A program made the position numbers and the translations under genes. Of a stretch of 64,000 nucleotides of DNA, positions 50,629 to 60,252 are shown piece after piece. The DNA is taken from the IMG/VR virus record IMGVR_UViG_3300030116_007024, positions 1 to 64,000 of that record; one strand, given 5' to 3'. The notes beneath the pieces were generated by a model. That model made no database searches. It saw only the letters and a list, made by a program, of their open reading frames with translations, and had not been told where the DNA came from. This stretch comes from a virus. Position 1 is the first letter of the stretch; each line of letters starts with the position of its first letter.

Positions 50629-51179
50629 TGTATTGGGAAGAATTACCATATAAAATAGATGTAGATAAAATACAAGAAACATGGAAAGCAATACGACTTA
50701 AATCGGCCTTAAAAAAGACACGAAGAGGGTTAAATACTACTGAGGGAGAACAAATCCAGTGGACAGATACAGCCCCTACTTTGCAAACTGCATTACAGTA
50801 TAGTCAATATTCGGAAAACAAATATTTAGATCCTTGTCGTATAGCAATTAAAGATACCGATTTTAAGGATATATTAGATTTTTATAAAGACACATATTTT
50901 GAAGAACTGATACAGGAGTTTAGCCTAGTAAGAACTAGGCTATGTTTATTACAACCAAAATCAACATACAGTATTCATAACGACCCTACGTGGAGAATAC
51001 AAATTCCTGTGCTAACAAATAAAGATAATTACTTTATTTGGTTTGGTGATAAAATAGAAGTAAAGCATTTAGAATTGGGAAAAGCATACAAAGTTAACAC
51101 AACAATTAATCATACTTTTGCCAACTTTTCTGACGAAGAAAGAATACATCTGTTAGGAGTCCAACATGACAAATCTTGA
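50625..51179 (+). CDS. Aspartyl beta-hydroxylase-like 2OG dioxygenase
   Basis: RTRLCLLQPKSTYSIHND, RIQIPVLTN, NTTINHTFANFSDEERIHLL. Confidence 0.85.
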   Translation: MMYWEELPYKIDVDKIQETWKAIRLKSALKKTRRGLNTTEGEQIQWTDTAPTLQTALQYSQYSENKYLDPCRIAIKDTDFKDILDFYKDTYFEELIQEFSLVRTRLCLLQPKSTYSIHNDPTWRIQIPVLTNKDNYFIWFGDKIEVKHLELGKAYKVNTTINHTFANFSDEERIHLLGVQHDKS

Positions 51180-51837
51180 AATATCCAAAATAGTACGTAG
51201 ATGTCAACGTAACTGGGATCACTCAAAAAGTATACCAGATGAACATGTAAAAGAATTGTTACATATAGCAAAACATGCACCTAGTAAACAAGACGAGGGT
51301 TATTACGATATTGCAGTTATACAATCAAGAAAAATAATTGAACAAATTTATCAACACACAGACGGATTTACGGTTCTTAATCCAGCAACAGGAAAATGGG
51401 ATATAACATGGCTAAATGCACAGGCAAATGCTAATGTATTGTTTATTTGGCATCCTAAAGAACCTGACGCAAAAAATAATAGAAATTTTTGGAATAAAAC
51501 AACAGGGCTAATACGGGACGGATATGAGGCAGAACGATTAGGACAAGCAAAACCAAATAATTCATTTAGTAGAGTTGTAGAAAATGCATATTGTGCTATG
51601 GGTTGTAGTATGGGTATTACTGCATGGGCGGCCGCCGAAATGGGTTATGTAACTGGTTTTAATAAAAATATTGATATGGATGAGGTTGTAAAAATTACAG
51701 GAATGTCATACCCGAGGTTTAGTTTAGGAATAGGTTTTCCTAAGTTATCTGAGGATAAATGGTATGTATCAAATGAAGGTAACGAGTATACTCGGCATTC
51801 ATTAAAAGAAAAACAAGTAACAGTAAAGTATTTTTAA
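51166..51837 (+). CDS. Nitroreductase-family flavoprotein
   Basis: RRCQRNWD..IPDEHVKELL.IAKHAPSKQ, AAAEMGYVTG, LGIGFP. Confidence 0.82.
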   Translation: MTNLEISKIVRRCQRNWDHSKSIPDEHVKELLHIAKHAPSKQDEGYYDIAVIQSRKIIEQIYQHTDGFTVLNPATGKWDITWLNAQANANVLFIWHPKEPDAKNNRNFWNKTTGLIRDGYEAERLGQAKPNNSFSRVVENAYCAMGCSMGITAWAAAEMGYVTGFNKNIDMDEVVKITGMSYPRFSLGIGFPKLSEDKWYVSNEGNEYTRHSLKEKQVTVKYF

Positions 51838-51846
51838 GGAAGAATA

Positions 51847-52434
51847 GTGAAAATTGAAAAGCATAGTTTCCCGTGGGATCATTGGACAATCAAAAATTCT
51901 TTGTCGCCAGAAACGGCTAGACGATGTTTTAATGCATGTACTGCAAATAGAGGAGCAGTTTACCGCTACGGCAAACGATCTGGGCAAACATATGAAAAAC
52001 GTACTTTTTTAGAAAGTATGTGGTGGCAAAAGGAATTGGATGCAACGTGGCTCAACCCAACACTTTTGCCTTATATAAAAGAAAATTGTAGCAAGCATTA
52101 TAAATTTCAGGAAGGAGATAGATGGAGATTAGAATTTACTGCCGATCCTCCAGGCTTTCATTTAGATATGCATCCTGATATTAAAGAGAAAAAACTGTCA
52201 TTAATGGTGTACTTAGGACAAGAAACAAACGAAGGAACAACGTTATATGATGGTAAAGGAAAAACAAAACATGTACCAAGTGGGTTTAATACAGGCATGT
52301 TCTTTTTTCCAGATACACATACATTACATGGGTTCCCTAAGGAACGAGCAGTACCTAGATATAGATATGCCATTATCTTAAATATAGTTGATAAGAACTT
52401 TTCAGAAGAACCCACCTGGCCCGTAACTTTTTAA
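51847..52434 (+). CDS. Fe(II)/2-oxoglutarate dioxygenase
   Basis: FPWDHWTI, MHPDIKEKKLSLMVYL, GTTLY, TLHGF, RYAIILN. AAGGAAG RBS before a GTG start. Confidence 0.85.
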   Translation: MKIEKHSFPWDHWTIKNSLSPETARRCFNACTANRGAVYRYGKRSGQTYEKRTFLESMWWQKELDATWLNPTLLPYIKENCSKHYKFQEGDRWRLEFTADPPGFHLDMHPDIKEKKLSLMVYLGQETNEGTTLYDGKGKTKHVPSGFNTGMFFFPDTHTLHGFPKERAVPRYRYAIILNIVDKNFSEEPTWPVTF

Positions 52435-53720
52435 TGGAATTTATAGATAATAAAGCTCGCATTTTTGAAGTAACTAAAACAAAACATGATGTGTTATTTT
52501 GGTATAATACAGATTCGTTTAATAACGAAGCATGGATACCGGAAGACGATAATGCACCAAGTATTTGGGCAGATGCATTATTAAATGCCTGTCGTGAAAA
52601 GAAACCTCCACGATTTCAAGGTAATTGGGCATACGTTTATATTTGTAAAGATTATTGGTTAGCCGCAGTTGATCATTATGCAAGTATAAATTTATTCTTT
52701 AGTGAAAAAATTATAACACATAATTGGAATCTTATTAAACAAAAGCCTAACGATAATATAGGTATAGAACAACAACGTGTATTACGTAGAATGCTTGTTG
52801 GTTCACGTACAACTGTTAAAAATGTAAAAAGAATTCCGCCAGGATGTTATGCAATAAATGGCGAGATACATGAGTATGCTAATTTTAGAGAACTTAGTTT
52901 TCCAGATTCAAAACAGGTAGTAAAAAGTTTTGATAGGCTTACTAATCATATAAAAGGTCTAGTTTTATATAGTGGCGGTACTGATAGTTATATGTTAGCA
53001 TGTCAAGGACAGGATAAACATCGTTATATTACAATAACAAGTCCAAATATAAAATATAATTTTCAAATACCTAAACCGGGAATTGTAACAAAAGAATATG
53101 AAGTAGAACCTGAAATTAGTTGGAGCGACGACTTTATGACAGAACCAACTATGAATTATAAAATACAAACATTAGAAAAAGCAGGTGAAAATCGTTTTGG
53201 ACAATATGTATTAACAGGCGAAACAGGTAATGCTCCTTTGATGGCCACACATTTAGTTCATGCATATGTAAATGATCCTTCTATAAGTTTACAACGATAT
53301 GCTGATAGTGCTATACGTTTATTAAGGCACGATACACATACTTGGAATGTAGGCGAACAAGATGATACTTTAGAAAATGATTATCCAGACGGCTATAAAG
53401 AAATTAGCGAACATTTTATAAACAAGTTAAAAGATACACGTTACGACATGTTAAGAAAATTAGTTACTATATATGGAGAAGAACACACTAATTATAGATT
53501 ATATCCATATAGTCAAAATTTAAAATGGAGTTGGTATCATCCGTTTTCAACTGCATTATGGGCATCATGCTATTTTCAAAATGAAATTGTTGCTAATCCA
53601 AGAAAGCATTTACTTTATATTGTTGCTACACGAAAGAACTTTCCAATGCAACCATGGACAGTACCTAAAGTAGGAATGAGTATTCCAACAAAAGAAAAAT
53701 ATGTACGAACTAAGACTTAA
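52434..53720 (+). CDS. Asparagine-synthetase-like amide ligase (N-type ATP pyrophosphatase, no N-terminal Cys)
   Basis: FQGNWAYV..LAAVDHYA, KRIPPG, LYSGGTDS (PP-loop), VLTGETGN. Confidence 0.75.
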   Translation: MEFIDNKARIFEVTKTKHDVLFWYNTDSFNNEAWIPEDDNAPSIWADALLNACREKKPPRFQGNWAYVYICKDYWLAAVDHYASINLFFSEKIITHNWNLIKQKPNDNIGIEQQRVLRRMLVGSRTTVKNVKRIPPGCYAINGEIHEYANFRELSFPDSKQVVKSFDRLTNHIKGLVLYSGGTDSYMLACQGQDKHRYITITSPNIKYNFQIPKPGIVTKEYEVEPEISWSDDFMTEPTMNYKIQTLEKAGENRFGQYVLTGETGNAPLMATHLVHAYVNDPSISLQRYADSAIRLLRHDTHTWNVGEQDDTLENDYPDGYKEISEHFINKLKDTRYDMLRKLVTIYGEEHTNYRLYPYSQNLKWSWYHPFSTALWASCYFQNEIVANPRKHLLYIVATRKNFPMQPWTVPKVGMSIPTKEKYVRTKT

Positions 53721-54471
53721 AAATTTTATAATTTTTAGAAATGCTAAACTATATGACGAAATAGTTCCACAAATGCAAGAGCATTATTGTGACTTTCATG
53801 GATTTAGTTTAGATTTAAAACGACCACTAGATGAAAAATTATGTGAACATATGTTCTCATTTCTAAATATAAAAGAAGATGTTAATATAGTATTAGTTGG
53901 ATTACCTGATCTTAGTTTGCCAGCAAAAAGAAAAATTAGTTTTGATTGGTTATTATTTAATGATTTAGTTAAGCCAGATAGAATAGCAATGGAACAAAAA
54001 TTTCCAAAGTTAGATATTGATATTGCAAAGTTTTCTACATTATGTGCTTGGTGGTTTAATTATGGCAAGTTTAAAACAGTTCGTTATAATAGTTTTGAAG
54101 CAGATAATGCTATAAATCTTCTTGAAAAAACAGATGATCCGTATTTTGAAAAAATAAGTTTTAAGTCACGAGTATTATTTGATTGCAAATTACAAGATGT
54201 ATTTTATACATTTGAATCTATTTGTACTAATAAAAAAATAATGACTAGTTATAATAAAAAATATCCATTAGTTGCATGTAGAGCAGAAACTCGAAAGGCT
54301 GTGGCTTCACAGAAACGTATAGGATATTGTGCTGGTTACATAAAGAATAGTTCTTTATATATTCATCATTGTAATGTTATAAAAAGATATAGAGGATTAG
54401 GAATTGAAAAAACTATGGAACAAGTATTATTTGATTGGGCCGAAGGTGAAGGTGCTAAAACTATTCTATAG
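53701..54471 (+). CDS. Protein with a C-terminal GNAT acetyltransferase domain
   Basis: IGYCAG...LYIHHCNVIKRYRGLGIEK...WAEGEGA. Confidence 0.7.
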   Translation: MYELRLKNFIIFRNAKLYDEIVPQMQEHYCDFHGFSLDLKRPLDEKLCEHMFSFLNIKEDVNIVLVGLPDLSLPAKRKISFDWLLFNDLVKPDRIAMEQKFPKLDIDIAKFSTLCAWWFNYGKFKTVRYNSFEADNAINLLEKTDDPYFEKISFKSRVLFDCKLQDVFYTFESICTNKKIMTSYNKKYPLVACRAETRKAVASQKRIGYCAGYIKNSSLYIHHCNVIKRYRGLGIEKTMEQVLFDWAEGEGAKTIL

Positions 54472-55162
54472 TAAACGGAACTGTATCTCTAAGTATTTTC
54501 TTTGTTTTTTCTGTAGGATCGCCTGTTATTTGCAACATAGGTCTATCCTCCCAGCTCATGTTAAAAGTTGAATGCGGAACTGAGATCCAATCAAACCACC
54601 AAGTATCCCCTGAACGCCATCTATCTAAAAAGTAATTACCGAACAATACACCTTGTCCAGGTTCCCAGTCTCTTAAAAATACAAGGAATCTTACTGTTTT
54701 ACTAGTTCTATCACTTTTTAATACATTTTCTTTTGTAGGCTTTCCTGGCAGGTTATCTACATGCCAAAGTAAATTATCTGTCGGATATTGTACATTATAT
54801 TTCCATGTATAATTTTCTAATTCAAAATACTCAAATGCTTTTCGCATATTAGGAAAATTATCTAACGAAATATCTTTTTCTCGCTTAGGCCAAACAACTG
54901 ATCTAAACATAGGTTGATCTGGATTTCCGCCTAAATCTCTAAGTTCTTTATCTTCTACTACATTTCCTTTAGAAGGCTTATTTGAAGAATGTCCATAATT
55001 TTGTTTATTATACGGAGCATCTTCTACATATTTGTTTGCTTCAGGCCACTCGTTACTAAAATCAAAAAGAAATCGTCCACAACGTTTAAAAAATCCGTTA
55101 GGACTATCTACGTGCCATTTCTCGAAGTGATACACTTTCCTTTCCTTTATACAATGCGGCAC
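54461..55162 (-). CDS. Fe(II)/2OG dioxygenase-like protein
   Basis: NVQYP..LLWHVD, VRFLVFLRDWEPGQ, PHSTFN...RPMLQITG. Confidence 0.75.
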   Translation of the reverse strand: MPHCIKERKVYHFEKWHVDSPNGFFKRCGRFLFDFSNEWPEANKYVEDAPYNKQNYGHSSNKPSKGNVVEDKELRDLGGNPDQPMFRSVVWPKREKDISLDNFPNMRKAFEYFELENYTWKYNVQYPTDNLLWHVDNLPGKPTKENVLKSDRTSKTVRFLVFLRDWEPGQGVLFGNYFLDRWRSGDTWWFDWISVPHSTFNMSWEDRPMLQITGDPTEKTKKILRDTVPFTIE

Positions 55163-55781
55163 TTACGGTTGGTTCATGAATTTCGTAAGGCGGGTCCTTA
55201 ATATAATTTATCATCTCTGGCCAATTTCGTGTAAGCCAATTATCAGTATTAATTCCTTTTTGCCATTGTATATTATGCTTCTTTGTAAATTGAGCAATGC
55301 ATCTTGTTTCTACATTAATTTGACGCCACATCATTTCTTCTGTGCCATACCATTTATATGTAGGATATTGAATATGCCATCCGCCCGCTTCAAACCACCA
55401 ATCAAAACATATTTGTGGAGGTCTTAACACTAATAAAATATCTATTTCTGGTAAGTTTTCTGTGATCCAATCTAGTTGGTACGAAAACCAATGACATCTA
55501 CAGAAACGTATACAATTATCTGCATCAGCATCTAAATGAGCTTTATCAATTTCTGTAAATATTTCTTCTCTTGTTAATAAATGCAAGTTGTCAAAGTTTT
55601 CGCCACATTCATGGAATGGTCCAAAAAAAGCATGAGCATGATTACTATGATTTTCTGGATTATCTATACGCCATGGCGTATTGTCTGAACTGTCAACAAT
55701 AGTTGTTGATTGGCTTAACCATTTAGAAAGACCGGCCCATTTAGATCCTGGTGGACCGGTTACAAAGACATATTTAATCAT
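55104..55781 (-). CDS. P-loop sulfotransferase/kinase-like protein
   Basis: YVFVTGPPGSKW, RCHWF, LLVLRP. Confidence 0.6.
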   Translation of the reverse strand: MIKYVFVTGPPGSKWAGLSKWLSQSTTIVDSSDNTPWRIDNPENHSNHAHAFFGPFHECGENFDNLHLLTREEIFTEIDKAHLDADADNCIRFCRCHWFSYQLDWITENLPEIDILLVLRPPQICFDWWFEAGGWHIQYPTYKWYGTEEMMWRQINVETRCIAQFTKKHNIQWQKGINTDNWLTRNWPEMINYIKDPPYEIHEPTVSAALYKGKESVSLREMARR

Positions 55782-56400
55782 GTTTTTTCCACCACCAAAC
55801 CATGCATAAAGGAAACTTTACTTTTGCCGCTTCTTCGCGGGTTTTGTATAAGTGATGAGGAGCATGAGCCATCTCAGTTTCTGGTTCCTTATGCATACTA
55901 ACATTACTGAGTTGTTCAGTCATTTTATATGCATCGTCAAGAGTCCAATTAAAACTTATAAATCCTTTATTTTCTTGTTCTTTTTCAGGTGGTATAGCAC
56001 TACCTAATCGTGCCCGGCATATGACAAACCCTCCTGGTTTTGTCCAATTAACACATGCCTCTAATTGTTTATATATTCTGTTATAATCGCCGAAGTTAAT
56101 GCTACCTAATGCAAGGACTGCATCAGCACAATCCTTGCCAAAGATATTATGTTTTACAACATCTTCAAACGATAGGTTTAAATCAACAGTATCATAAACA
56201 GTAGCAGGATCAAACCCTACTACGTTAGGCACTTTTCCTTTATATGGATTTGTTCCGCAACCAGCATCAATAATTAAATTAGGATTTAATGCAGTTAACT
56301 CAGCAATTAAGTTATTACTAGTTAATTCATGTGTTTCCCATTCTAGATGCCTGTAAGGCTTTTGGTTAAAATGTTCTACTACTGTATTATGATAGTCCAT
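55774..56400 (-). CDS. Class I SAM-dependent methyltransferase
   Basis: IIDAGCGTN, VGFDP, ADAVLALGSINF, TKPGG. Confidence 0.85.
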   Translation of the reverse strand: MDYHNTVVEHFNQKPYRHLEWETHELTSNNLIAELTALNPNLIIDAGCGTNPYKGKVPNVVGFDPATVYDTVDLNLSFEDVVKHNIFGKDCADAVLALGSINFGDYNRIYKQLEACVNWTKPGGFVICRARLGSAIPPEKEQENKGFISFNWTLDDAYKMTEQLSNVSMHKEPETEMAHAPHHLYKTREEAAKVKFPLCMVWWWKKHD

Positions 56401-56401
56401 G

Positions 56402-57496
56402 TTAATTTAAGAGCTCTTCTTTAAGAGTTGCTTTGTAACCCAACCCTTCGTTAACAAAACGTACTGCAACTTCAAGAGCACCTCTGTCAACTAAACCTAA
56501 AACTCGTGACATGACAAGTTCTGCATCACGCCCAACAAAAGCATCATAATTGCCTAATTTTGCAATTCGCTCTTCTTGGAAGGCCGGATCGTTCCATGTA
56601 GCCTTGGTAATCTTAACCATATCATTGGTATACTTACTACCTTTATTAATGAATAAACTCTTTTGTACTCCATCTCTCCATAGACGGGTTAGTACATAAC
56701 CATCATAAACAGTACCTGCAGGCTTCCTGCCCCATCTTGCTTCAAATACATCGTCAAAGCACATTCCTTTGAGTTGATCATTAGGATCATCAACCCATGT
56801 TGCAGTATTGTAATTCATCTGACAATGATGAAACCAAAGTTTAACTTTGTCTAAGTTGTCCTGATAAACTGCATTACCACTCCAATGTTGCCATGTTTCA
56901 CGACCTACTGACAATTCGCCATTAACAAGAGCTTGTTGTCTGCCGGATTTCATACCACGTACAATGATAACTTTTTCATCAAAGCATGCCATAAACTTAT
57001 CCATATTATCAGTAAATGGACACACCATTAATGCGGCCGCCCAGTGATCTGGCTCAGAACCGCCACCAGGATTAAGTGCTGATTTTTGAATGTCTGTTTC
57101 CGGATTATAATTTATATTGACAGGAACAAGCATGTTTCCTGGATGAATCATAATAGGAGTATATTTTCTAAAGTCATATCCTCCTACATCCTCAAGTAAT
57201 GTAGACACGGCATTACCACCATGACTTACTTGCATATGAGTAGGATCATGTCGTAATTGATTATGAAATGCTCTTAAGGATTTTTTACCTCGATTTCCAA
57301 TTACATACTTAAAATCAACTTTAGAAACAATTGAACCCTGATGAATATTATTATTCATGTGCTTGGCCCAAAGCCACGCCCATCTTGTTGTGCCACCTGG
57401 TTTAGGTCTTCCAGGAATTACTGCCCACATAGTTTCAGCAACTACCGCAGTAGAAATAAGAAGCATTGTAGCTAATACAAAATACTTTTTAAACAT
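56402..57496 (-). CDS. tctC: Tripartite tricarboxylate transporter substrate-binding protein (TctC/Bug-like, divergent)
   Basis: Signal peptide (MFKKYFVLATMLLISTAVVA), VIPGRPKPGGTT, directly downstream of tctA. Confidence 0.65.
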   Translation of the reverse strand: MFKKYFVLATMLLISTAVVAETMWAVIPGRPKPGGTTRWAWLWAKHMNNNIHQGSIVSKVDFKYVIGNRGKKSLRAFHNQLRHDPTHMQVSHGGNAVSTLLEDVGGYDFRKYTPIMIHPGNMLVPVNINYNPETDIQKSALNPGGGSEPDHWAAALMVCPFTDNMDKFMACFDEKVIIVRGMKSGRQQALVNGELSVGRETWQHWSGNAVYQDNLDKVKLWFHHCQMNYNTATWVDDPNDQLKGMCFDDVFEARWGRKPAGTVYDGYVLTRLWRDGVQKSLFINKGSKYTNDMVKITKATWNDPAFQEERIAKLGNYDAFVGRDAELVMSRVLGLVDRGALEVAVRFVNEGLGYKATLKEELLN

Positions 57497-58934
57497 AATT
57501 TACCTTTATTTTATTTGAAAATATTACCATCATTATTGATAATCCAATTACTATCATAACAAATGGTCTAGTTATTATTTGATAAAAATCATACATATCA
57601 TATAATTGATATGTGTATTCTTCGACTTTACTGCTGAGTATAAAACCAAGCAAAATTGCCGGTCTGCTGATGCTATAATACTTACATGCAAAGCCAAAAG
57701 CGGAAAATAACAAAAACATTAATGTATCTTCCAATATTGAGCTATAAAAATTTGTTGATATACAAGCCCACCATGTTACAATTATTATTGTAACAATAAA
57801 GAAATATTTATTAACACGTAAAATAGTTGATAACGGCCCTGCTAACAATAGTGACATTACTACTGTTACTATAAGAGCAATAAAGTATGAACTAAAAACT
57901 GTATTAATAAATTTTTGATCTTCCAGTAAGTAAGATTCACCTATTGGAAAACCAACAAATTGCCAAAGTCCCATAATAATCATTGTCCATGTAGACCCTG
58001 GTATACCTAACAGTAAAGTAGGCATTAACGCACCTGCTTTACCTGCATTATTAACACCCTCTGGTGCTACTAATCCCTCTGGTGCTCCTTTACCAAACGG
58101 AGTTTTAAATTTTCTTTTTAATTTTGTACCTATACCATATGAAAGCCATTCGGAACCCAGACCTCCATATCCTGGTAAGCATCCATAAAAGAAGCCTATT
58201 GCACCGCCTAAAAAACTATGTCGCCATAAACGAAAAGCATCTTTCACACCTTCTTTAATTTGGGTGAAATTGCTAACATGTTTTTCATATTTTATATCTG
58301 TTTTCCATAGAGACCATAATTCCGGAATACAAAAAAATCCTGTGGCTATAATTACTACACTAATACCATCATAAAAGTAGTCGTCGTGTCCAAATGTAAA
58401 TCTTGGATTACCAACGACATCGGATCCTATGGTTCCTAATCCAATTCCTATTGCTACTGCAATAATTCCTTTAAAAAAGCTACTTGTTAATAAACTTACG
58501 GTTAAAAAACTAAAAACAATAATACACCATATCTCTGGTATCATTAATAAATGTACATAATTTAGATATACTGGAAGTATTATCATAACAGGAATAACCC
58601 ATATTAATCCTTGTAAACCGCTTGTTGTAACTGCAAGAGCTATTGCATACGAACTTCTACCTTCCTTAGTCATTGGAAAGCCTTCTACCATAGTTGCGGC
58701 CGCAGAGTTAGCACCTGGTACACCTATGTATACACCAGCAAAACTATCACCTATTGTACATGAAATAGCCGCCGCCATGCTGAATGCAACAAACTCGTAA
58801 GGCATTCCCCAGAAATATGTTGCAATACTGAATAATAAAATTAGTGCTTTATTTGATCCTGAGGATGGTATAATACCAATAAAGAGTCCGTATAGCGTGC
58901 CTATAAAGGCAAACGACACAATACTTAAATCCAT
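57489..58934 (-). CDS. tctA: Tripartite tricarboxylate transporter permease TctA
   Basis: Polytopic membrane protein with G(V/I)PG repeats, AATMVEGFPM, PRFTFG, GCLPGYGG, APEGVNNA, PTLLLGIPGS, RPAILLGFIL. Confidence 0.93.
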   Translation of the reverse strand: MDLSIVSFAFIGTLYGLFIGIIPSSGSNKALILLFSIATYFWGMPYEFVAFSMAAAISCTIGDSFAGVYIGVPGANSAAATMVEGFPMTKEGRSSYAIALAVTTSGLQGLIWVIPVMIILPVYLNYVHLLMIPEIWCIIVFSFLTVSLLTSSFFKGIIAVAIGIGLGTIGSDVVGNPRFTFGHDDYFYDGISVVIIATGFFCIPELWSLWKTDIKYEKHVSNFTQIKEGVKDAFRLWRHSFLGGAIGFFYGCLPGYGGLGSEWLSYGIGTKLKRKFKTPFGKGAPEGLVAPEGVNNAGKAGALMPTLLLGIPGSTWTMIIMGLWQFVGFPIGESYLLEDQKFINTVFSSYFIALIVTVVMSLLLAGPLSTILRVNKYFFIVTIIIVTWWACISTNFYSSILEDTLMFLLFSAFGFACKYYSISRPAILLGFILSSKVEEYTYQLYDMYDFYQIITRPFVMIVIGLSIMMVIFSNKIKVNYV

Positions 58935-58955
58935 TTATTTTTATTTTATTTAGGC

Positions 58956-59010
58956 AACTCTGTAAGAGTTAGTTTAGTGCTCTGTAAGAGCGTATACATG
59001 TGATGCATAC
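58956..59010 (-). repeat. Tandem palindromic repeats/hairpins in the tctA leader (CTCTGTAAGAG x2 plus a third hairpin)
   Basis: AACTCT-GTA-AGAGTT (58956-58970), GCTCT-GTA-AGAGC (58979-58991), GTATACAT-GTG-ATGCATAC (58992-59010). Confidence 0.75.
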
Positions 59011-59016
59011 AAAATT

Positions 59017-59035
59017 TATTTATCTTTTATTTATA
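59017..59035 (-). promoter_or_regulatory. Late-promoter-like boxes upstream of the tct operon
   Basis: TATAAATA on - at 59028-59035 and GATAAATA on - at 59017-59024. Confidence 0.55.
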
Positions 59036-59354
59036 GATATTCGTTATACAAATCTTCTGTTACACGAACAAAATTATTATCATCACCAACTTCTCCCCAA
59101 TTAGGAGTTTCCGTTTTTGCAGTAATAAAATCAAGTTCGTTGTTCCATTCTACTTTCATTAGTACTAGTTTTTTATTTGACGATAAGGTAAACTCTGGGT
59201 TAATTCCATACGTTGGTGTAACATTAGTATTAATCCAATTCTTTACAGTATCAAGCTCATTTATGGTTTCAAACTCAGTTATATCTGTATATATCCTGTC
59301 GGTATTGTCGAAAAAGTTCTTCCCATAAATAAACATGTACACAGTATACGCCAT
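59031..59354 (-). CDS. Small acidic hypothetical protein (107 aa), weakly similar to 61912..62211
   Basis: Intact ORF filling the gap; FTLSSNKKLVLMKVEWNN vs IALTSSNDGFVVTRTWTD. Confidence 0.7.
   Translation of the reverse strand: MAYTVYMFIYGKNFFDNTDRIYTDITEFETINELDTVKNWINTNVTPTYGINPEFTLSSNKKLVLMKVEWNNELDFITAKTETPNWGEVGDDNNFVRVTEDLYNEYL
59325..59331 (+). promoter_or_regulatory. Late-promoter-like ATAAATA upstream of the radical SAM/SPASM cassette
   Basis: About 21 nt upstream of ATG 59353, inside the opposite-strand ORF. Confidence 0.4.
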
Positions 59355-60252
59355 GATTAACCACCTAAATTTAGAATTATTCGGAGGATGTAATTACACT
59401 TGTAAAATATGTCCTCAAGGTATTTATCAGAGAGAGAAACCATTTCTTACACATTTACCGTTTAAGTTTGCAACAGATATAATAGAACATGCACAAATGC
59501 ATGGCATTAAATCTGTGAGCTTACAGGGCTCTGGTGAACCAATTCTTTACAAAAAGTTAAAAGAAATTATAAGTTTTTGTAAAAAACTAGGTCTAAAATC
59601 TTATATAACAACCAATTTAAGCACAAAAAACGTCCAAGAACTTGAAGAATTATTTGACGCAGGACTAACAAGTATTCGTGTTAGTTTCATTGGATATGAT
59701 GCTAAGACGTATAACGAGTGGATGGGCCAAGATAAATTCCATGATGTGTACGATAAAGTTTGTGCCATGTATAATTATAACATATCTGTTAACTGTATTG
59801 CAATCGAAAAATACTGGTTAAATGAATATAAATTATTGTTCGATAACAAAGTTAAATTTGTTGTATGGAATAAGCATAACTGGTCTGGACAACTAAGTCA
59901 AGAAGAATCTAACGAACCTTGTCCTAAAGTATCGTGGCCTGTTTTAAATGTAAGAGCTGGTGGTTTAGATGGACATAAAGGTGCCGTTGTACCATGTTGC
60001 AATGTATTAGGTCAAGATAGTAAAGCCGTGCTAGGACATTTAGATGTAAATACAATATCTGAAATATGGAACGGCAAAGCATATAATAAGTTTAGAAAAA
60101 AGCACAAGGAAGGTAAAGCACATAAGATTGATGTTTGCAAAAACTGCGATCAACGAAGTGCAAGCAGGGATGCTCTACTTTATAGTAACTATGATATAAC
60201 ACAACGAGAGAATCATTCTGTATGGTTAGAGAATTATCGTTTGCGGAAATAA
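59353..60252 (+). CDS. Radical SAM protein with C-terminal SPASM/Twitch domain
   Basis: CNYTCKIC, QGSGEP; C-terminal PCPK...VPCC...LGHL...EIWNG...CKNC. Start moved to ATG 59353. Confidence 0.93.
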   Translation: MINHLNLELFGGCNYTCKICPQGIYQREKPFLTHLPFKFATDIIEHAQMHGIKSVSLQGSGEPILYKKLKEIISFCKKLGLKSYITTNLSTKNVQELEELFDAGLTSIRVSFIGYDAKTYNEWMGQDKFHDVYDKVCAMYNYNISVNCIAIEKYWLNEYKLLFDNKVKFVVWNKHNWSGQLSQEESNEPCPKVSWPVLNVRAGGLDGHKGAVVPCCNVLGQDSKAVLGHLDVNTISEIWNGKAYNKFRKKHKEGKAHKIDVCKNCDQRSASRDALLYSNYDITQRENHSVWLENYRLRK

